DNA of 64,000 nucleotides from NCBI RefSeq assembly GCF_058153355.1, contig NZ_CM177019.1; one strand, 5' to 3'. Shown piece by piece: positions 57,077 to 64,000 of this stretch (position 1 is its first letter; each line of letters starts with the position of its first letter). The notes under the pieces were generated by a model. It saw only the letters and a program-made list of their open reading frames with translations, ran no database searches and was not told where the DNA came from. The position numbers and the translations under genes were made by a program.

Positions 57077-57520
57077 ATGACTTATAAGCGTCCCGTTTCT
57101 ATTCTGGTGGTTATTTATGCGCAAGATACGAAACGGGTGCTGATGTTACAGCGGCGTGATGATCCCGATTTCTGGCAGTCGGTAACCGGCAGTGTGGAAG
57201 AGGGGGAAACCGCGCCGCAAGCCGCCATGCGCGAAGTAAAGGAAGAGGTCACCATTGATGTTGTCGCTGAACAACTGACCTTAATTGACTGTCAGCGCAC
57301 GGTGGAGTTTGAAATTTTTTCACATTTACGTCATCGCTATGCGCCGGGCGTAACGCGTAATACGGAATCTTGGTTCTGTCTTGCACTCCCGCACGAGCGC
57401 CAGATCGTTTTCACTGAACATCTGGCCTACAAGTGGCTTGATGCGCATGCTGCGGCGGCGCTCACAAAGTCATGGAGCAACCGGCAGGCGATTGAACAGT
57501 TTGTAATTAACGCTGCCTGA
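57077..57520 (+). CDS. nudB: Nudix hydrolase NudB (dihydroneopterin triphosphate pyrophosphatase)
   Basis: 147 aa; Nudix box [20 protein letters not shown]. Confidence 0.9.
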
Positions 57521-57548
57521 ACAGGCAGGGCTACCTGGAGATATTTTT

Positions 57549-58289
57549 ATGGCAGGTCATAGTAAATGGGCCAACACCAGACATCGTAAAGCTGCGCAGG
57601 ATGCTAAGCGCGGTAAAATCTTCACTAAAATCATTCGTGAACTGGTAACCGCGGCTAAGTTGGGCGGTGGCGATCCGGATGCTAACCCGCGTCTGCGAGC
57701 AGCCATTGATAAAGCACTGTCTAACAACATGACCCGTGACACCCTGAACCGCGCAATTGCCCGTGGTGTGGGTGGTGATGATGATGCAAACATGGAAACC
57801 ATCATCTACGAAGGTTACGGTCCTGGCGGCACGGCAATCATGATTGAATGTCTGTCTGATAACCGCAACCGTACCGTTGCTGAAGTGCGTCACGCATTCA
57901 GCAAATGTGGCGGTAACCTCGGTACTGATGGTTCCGTAGCCTATCTGTTCAGCAAAAAAGGCGTGATCTCCTTCGAGAAAGGCGATGAAGACACCATCAT
58001 GGAAGCAGCTCTGGAAGCTGGTGCTGAAGATGTTGTGACCTATGATGATGGCGCGATTGACGTCTACACTGCATGGGAGGAAATGGGCAAAGTACGCGAC
58101 GCTCTGGAAGCGGCAGGTCTGAAAGCAGACAGCGCGGAAGTTTCCATGATCCCGTCCACCAAAGCTGATATGGATGCAGAAACCGCACCGAAACTGATGC
58201 GTCTGATCGATATGCTGGAAGATTGCGACGACGTGCAGGAAGTCTACCATAACGGTGAAATCTCTGATGAGGTTGCAGCGACTCTCTGA
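57549..58289 (+). CDS. yebC: YebC/PmpR-family transcriptional regulator
   Basis: 246 aa [25 protein letters not shown]. Confidence 0.95.
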
Positions 58290-58323
58290 TGAGGCCTGCT
58301 AAACAGCAAAACGGAGACGCGTG

Positions 58324-58845
58324 ATGGCTATTATTCTCGGCATTGACCCGGGTTCGCGCGTGACCGGCTATGGCGTCATCCGCCAGGTGGGCAGGCAGCT
58401 GTCCTACCTGGGTAGCGGATGTATACGCACCAAAGTGGATGATTTACCGTCTCGTCTTAAGCTCATCTATGCGGGCGTGACGGAAATCATCACCCAGTTC
58501 CAGCCTGATTATTTCGCCATTGAACAAGTCTTTATGGCTAAAAATGCCGACTCGGCCCTGAAGCTGGGGCAGGCGCGTGGCGTGGCGATTGTGGCGGCGG
58601 TGAATCAGGAATTACCGGTATTTGAATACGCGGCACGTCAGGTAAAGCAAACGGTGGTAGGTATTGGTAGTGCCGAAAAAAGCCAGGTGCAGCATATGGT
58701 TCGCACCTTGCTGAAACTCCCCGCTAATCCTCAGGCGGATGCCGCTGATGCGCTGGCAATTGCCATCACCCACTGCCACGTTAGTCAGAATGCGATGCAG
58801 ATGAGCGAATCGCGGCTGAACCTGGCGAGAGGGCGACTGCGTTAA
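58324..58845 (+). CDS. ruvC: Holliday junction resolvase RuvC
   Basis: 173 aa [19 protein letters not shown]. Confidence 0.95.
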
Positions 58846-58846
58846 G

Positions 58847-59449
58847 TTATACCGCCTCGGTCAATTCAGGCTGAGGCGTTTCTACTCCCTCCGCATGAAT
58901 CAACACCAAACCCGGATGATGCCACAAACTGGCTGGCGTGACGGTTTTACGCTCCCACGGAATCGAACCTAAAAACCAGAATTTCCAGAAAGTGAGTTTT
59001 GCATTCGGATTGCTATTTAACAGTTCTCCAAACGTCTCAATTTCACCCACCGGGATACATAGCGCCTCTTTATAAATATCAAAAACGAATTTTGAACAGA
59101 ACTGGCGGGAAGATTCGTATTTAAAACCGGTGTGGTAGAACTTATGCAACCGGGCAGGGACCTTTTCGACAAGAGCAAGTTTCTGCTCTTCGGTTAAACC
59201 TCCTGCCAGGCGGCGAACACCGTAGCGTTGATCGGTCGACCGTTCAATAAATCGTGACAAAGTTGTGATTGTGGAGAGCGGAACTCGACTCTCCGCAACC
59301 AGGTAATCATCACCGTCATGTCCGATGATTATCCCCACATGGTTGCTCCAGCATTTCGAGGCAGCAGAGATTTGCCCAAACAGGCGAGCACCGATGCAGG
59401 TAAAAACAATATCACCGGTTTCATATTTAGCTGGGTAATTTATTTTCAC
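58847..59449 (-). CDS. yebB: YebB (DUF830-family protein)
   Basis: 200-aa ORF in the K-12 position next to ruvC. Confidence 0.8.
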   Translation of the reverse strand: MKINYPAKYETGDIVFTCIGARLFGQISAASKCWSNHVGIIIGHDGDDYLVAESRVPLSTITTLSRFIERSTDQRYGVRRLAGGLTEEQKLALVEKVPARLHKFYHTGFKYESSRQFCSKFVFDIYKEALCIPVGEIETFGELLNSNPNAKLTFWKFWFLGSIPWERKTVTPASLWHHPGLVLIHAEGVETPQPELTEAV

Positions 59450-59542
59450 TATATCAATCCATTATTTATATATAAAACAGCATCTATCTTTCGTGATGGT
59501 AAAGCATTAGCATTGTATTGTAATCATGACAAGGAATGTTTT

Positions 59543-60256
59543 ATGCGGTTATTTGTTAATGTGATAATTATAGTTTCGATCAGTCAATGCGTGAATGTAT
59601 TTGCTCAAGATAATGTCATTCGCTATCCCTGGCGATATGGACGTATTTCTTTAAATGAGAATAATGAGTTTGTGCCTCAAATTATTCATATGCGTGATGA
59701 TATCTACGGCGTGGGTGAAGCTGGTGCAAGCCTTAACGATGCGAGAATGGCGCAAAGTGGTGTCACCGTGAGGCTTAGCGTTATACAGCAGGGGCAGGTG
59801 GTGAATGCTTTACTGGATTTCTACAATAGCAATAATCAACCTGCTTATATCTTTGAAGGTGGTTTGATGCCTTGCAATAAAGCCTTTGACATCACAACAA
59901 GCAACATTGTCCTTGATGGGATGTGTGGAATTTATGATGGGGTCGATGGCTGGCAAGTTATTCCTGCGGGTGATCATTATAAAGAATCATTTTCACTCAC
60001 TCAGGCTTTTGAATTTCTGCCGGGAAAACATCATTATAAAATTAATGCCGGAAGTTTTATCATCAGAGTGGGGGATGATATTTTTGCAAGAGAGGACGCC
60101 GAAAGCATTCTTTTTGATTTGATTAACTGGCGATATGGCTATGTGCTAAAAAGTTATGAAAGGGTGTCGAAGGGGGATTTGATGGCAGGATATTATGCTC
60201 TGTATGAATACTCAGGCGCTGACATAATTGATGAGTATGATATTTACTCAAACTAG
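59543..60256 (+). CDS. Hypothetical secreted protein (237 aa) in AT-rich islet
   Basis: Signal peptide MRLFVNVIIIVSISQCVNVFA; AAGGA RBS; ORF track 59318..60256 trimmed. Confidence 0.5.
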   Translation: MRLFVNVIIIVSISQCVNVFAQDNVIRYPWRYGRISLNENNEFVPQIIHMRDDIYGVGEAGASLNDARMAQSGVTVRLSVIQQGQVVNALLDFYNSNNQPAYIFEGGLMPCNKAFDITTSNIVLDGMCGIYDGVDGWQVIPAGDHYKESFSLTQAFEFLPGKHHYKINAGSFIIRVGDDIFAREDAESILFDLINWRYGYVLKSYERVSKGDLMAGYYALYEYSGADIIDEYDIYSN

Positions 60257-60404
60257 GTCTCGATTGATCTTAATGGTGACGAGTTAGCGCATACGGAGTC
60301 ATATCAGTGGCGTATTGATAGTGGAATGATCCCGCAAAAATTCAGCGTTCAGGGACTCGCTGAATGATTAGTCCTCTACCTGCTTGCCAGATACAGAGGC
60401 GCGG

Positions 60405-60989
60405 ATGAATTTATCAAGCGTATTCAATCAGCTTTTAATCTCATTTGCTCTTGCCGGGACGTTGATATTAAGCATCTATCTCATGGAAGCTCACTACCCA
60501 CGTTTCAGGAAGCCAATTGCGCTCTTTTACTTCTTTTTAGCGATTTATACCAGTTATGCTGCCGTTCTGGAGTATGAGTACCACCGCAATAGCTTGACTA
60601 CGCTCGCAAAAGTTTCTTCGGTTCGTTATACCAGTAATTTTGAGCGTAGCGCCTCGCACTCCTGCAATTTACTGCGGGGAGGAAGGATTGATTGCACGGG
60701 GCTGTATGCCTATGACCTGACCTGGCAGATTGACGGTAAGACCTGGAATTTGCATGTTGAGGACAAGCGTATAAAACCAGGATTCACCATGTGCGTGAAG
60801 GTTGTAAAAGATCGCCCCGCCATCGGGAAACCCTGTGAAAACGTGTTTTTCAATATCAGCCCTTTGCCGATTCTGATAGCTATATGGGCAATAAGCGCAT
60901 TTATATTTGCGGTCTTACTCCTTCACCAACTAAAAAAATGCCGCGAATGGAAGCACGCCAGCAAGGAACGTGGAAAAATTGGCCATTAG
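60405..60989 (+). CDS. Hypothetical membrane protein (194 aa) in AT-rich islet
   Basis: Predicted TM helices near both termini; AGAGG RBS before ATG. Confidence 0.5.
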   Translation: MNLSSVFNQLLISFALAGTLILSIYLMEAHYPRFRKPIALFYFFLAIYTSYAAVLEYEYHRNSLTTLAKVSSVRYTSNFERSASHSCNLLRGGRIDCTGLYAYDLTWQIDGKTWNLHVEDKRIKPGFTMCVKVVKDRPAIGKPCENVFFNISPLPILIAIWAISAFIFAVLLLHQLKKCREWKHASKERGKIGH

Positions 60990-61089
60990 AAGTCAAAGAA
61001 AGAGTGCGATGTAAGGTGATTCATAGAAAATTTCAGATACCGTGAGCCAAAGGATTATCAGTTCTGAAATGATTTAATATCATCCCTCG

Positions 61090-61105
61090 CTGGATATCTA
61101 TCCAG
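61090..61105 (+). promoter_or_regulatory. LexA (SOS) box of the ruvAB operon
   Basis: CTGgatatctatcCAG, CTG-N10-CAG palindrome ~50 bp upstream of ruvA. Confidence 0.6.
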
Positions 61106-61156
61106 CATTTTTTTATCATACAGCATTATCTTTGATTCATTACGCAGGAGCGTCAT

Positions 61157-61768
61157 GTGATAGGCAGACTCAGAGGCATCATCATTGAAAAACAACCCCC
61201 GCTGGTATTAATTGAAGTGGGCGGCGTAGGCTATGAAGTGCATATGCCGATGACCTGTTTTTATGAACTCCCTGAAGCGGGTCAGGAAGCGATCGTTTTC
61301 ACCCACTTTGTGGTGCGTGAAGACGCGCAACTGCTGTACGGTTTTAACAATAAACAAGAGCGCACGTTGTTCAAAGAGTTGATCAAAACCAACGGCGTTG
61401 GGCCTAAACTGGCATTGGCAATCCTCTCCGGAATGTCAGCGCAGCAGTTCGTTAATGCCGTTGAGCGTGAAGAAGTCGGGGTTCTGGTGAAACTGCCGGG
61501 TATTGGCAAAAAAACCGCCGAACGCTTGATTGTCGAAATGAAAGACCGATTTAAAGGTTTACATGGCGATCTCTTTACGCCAGCTGCCGACCTGGTACTC
61601 ACGTCACCTGCGAGCCCGGCGACCGACGATGCTGAACAGGAAGCGGTTGCCGCGCTGGTGGCGCTGGGCTATAAACCACAAGAAGCAAGCCGCATGGTGA
61701 GCAAAATCGCTCGCCCTGACGCCAGCAGTGAAACATTAATTCGCGAAGCCCTGCGCGCCGCGTTATGA
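61157..61768 (+). CDS. ruvA: Holliday junction branch migration protein RuvA
   Basis: 203 aa (M)[30 protein letters not shown] start, since the ATG at 61154 is followed directly by TGA. Confidence 0.95.
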   Translation: MIGRLRGIIIEKQPPLVLIEVGGVGYEVHMPMTCFYELPEAGQEAIVFTHFVVREDAQLLYGFNNKQERTLFKELIKTNGVGPKLALAILSGMSAQQFVNAVEREEVGVLVKLPGIGKKTAERLIVEMKDRFKGLHGDLFTPAADLVLTSPASPATDDAEQEAVAALVALGYKPQEASRMVSKIARPDASSETLIREALRAAL

Positions 61769-61773
61769 GGTAA

Positions 61774-62787
<1,014 letters not shown>

Positions 62788-62828
62788 GTTGAATAAGGCA
62801 TTCAAGCCGCTTCCGACATTGGCGATAA

Positions 62829-64000
<1,172 letters not shown>

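Noticed and set aside
57531-58250. 239-aa minus-strand ORF
   Set aside because: Antisense shadow of yebC.

Overview
Enterobacterial chromosome, matching the E. coli K-12 cheYZ-flhBAE-yecT-argS-yecM-cutC-torYZ-cmoBA-yecN-yecE // yecD-aspS-nudB-yebC-ruvC-yebB-ruvAB region in reverse orientation, with three insertions. All calls are from reading the sequence and recalled protein families; no searches were run. (1) A ~38.7 kb lambda-like prophage (about 15618..54343) is integrated inside yecE. Its layout is int/xis, early genes, CI-like repressor and Cro-like switch, Rha antirepressor, replication genes (DnaC-like loader, DnaB-like helicase), NinH, a QuuD-like Q antiterminator, four tRNA genes, a phage-21-type lysis cassette, and a lambda-type tail module (Z, U, V, G/T, H, M, L, K, I, J, lom, stf, tfa). 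It looks defective: no terminase/portal/capsid genes, a frameshifted integrase, an in-frame amber stop in the tape-measure gene and a frameshift in J. At its right end it carries an ipaH-family LRR/NEL E3 ubiquitin ligase effector gene with an MxiE-box-like motif upstream, and a dinI-like gene with tandem LexA boxes. (2) A ~1.6 kb AT-rich islet between yebB and ruvA encodes a predicted secreted protein and a membrane protein. (3) An IS621-like IS110-family element sits in a REP sequence downstream of ruvB, with a structured 5' non-coding region consistent with a bridge RNA, and runs off the window end. flhE carries an in-frame TAA stop. Together with ipaH this suggests a Shigella/EIEC-type genome. 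The most unusual unexplained structures are a tandem paralog array (24785..26469), a two-gene toxin-antitoxin-like module (24076..24724), and a 209-aa gene sitting between holin and endolysin.
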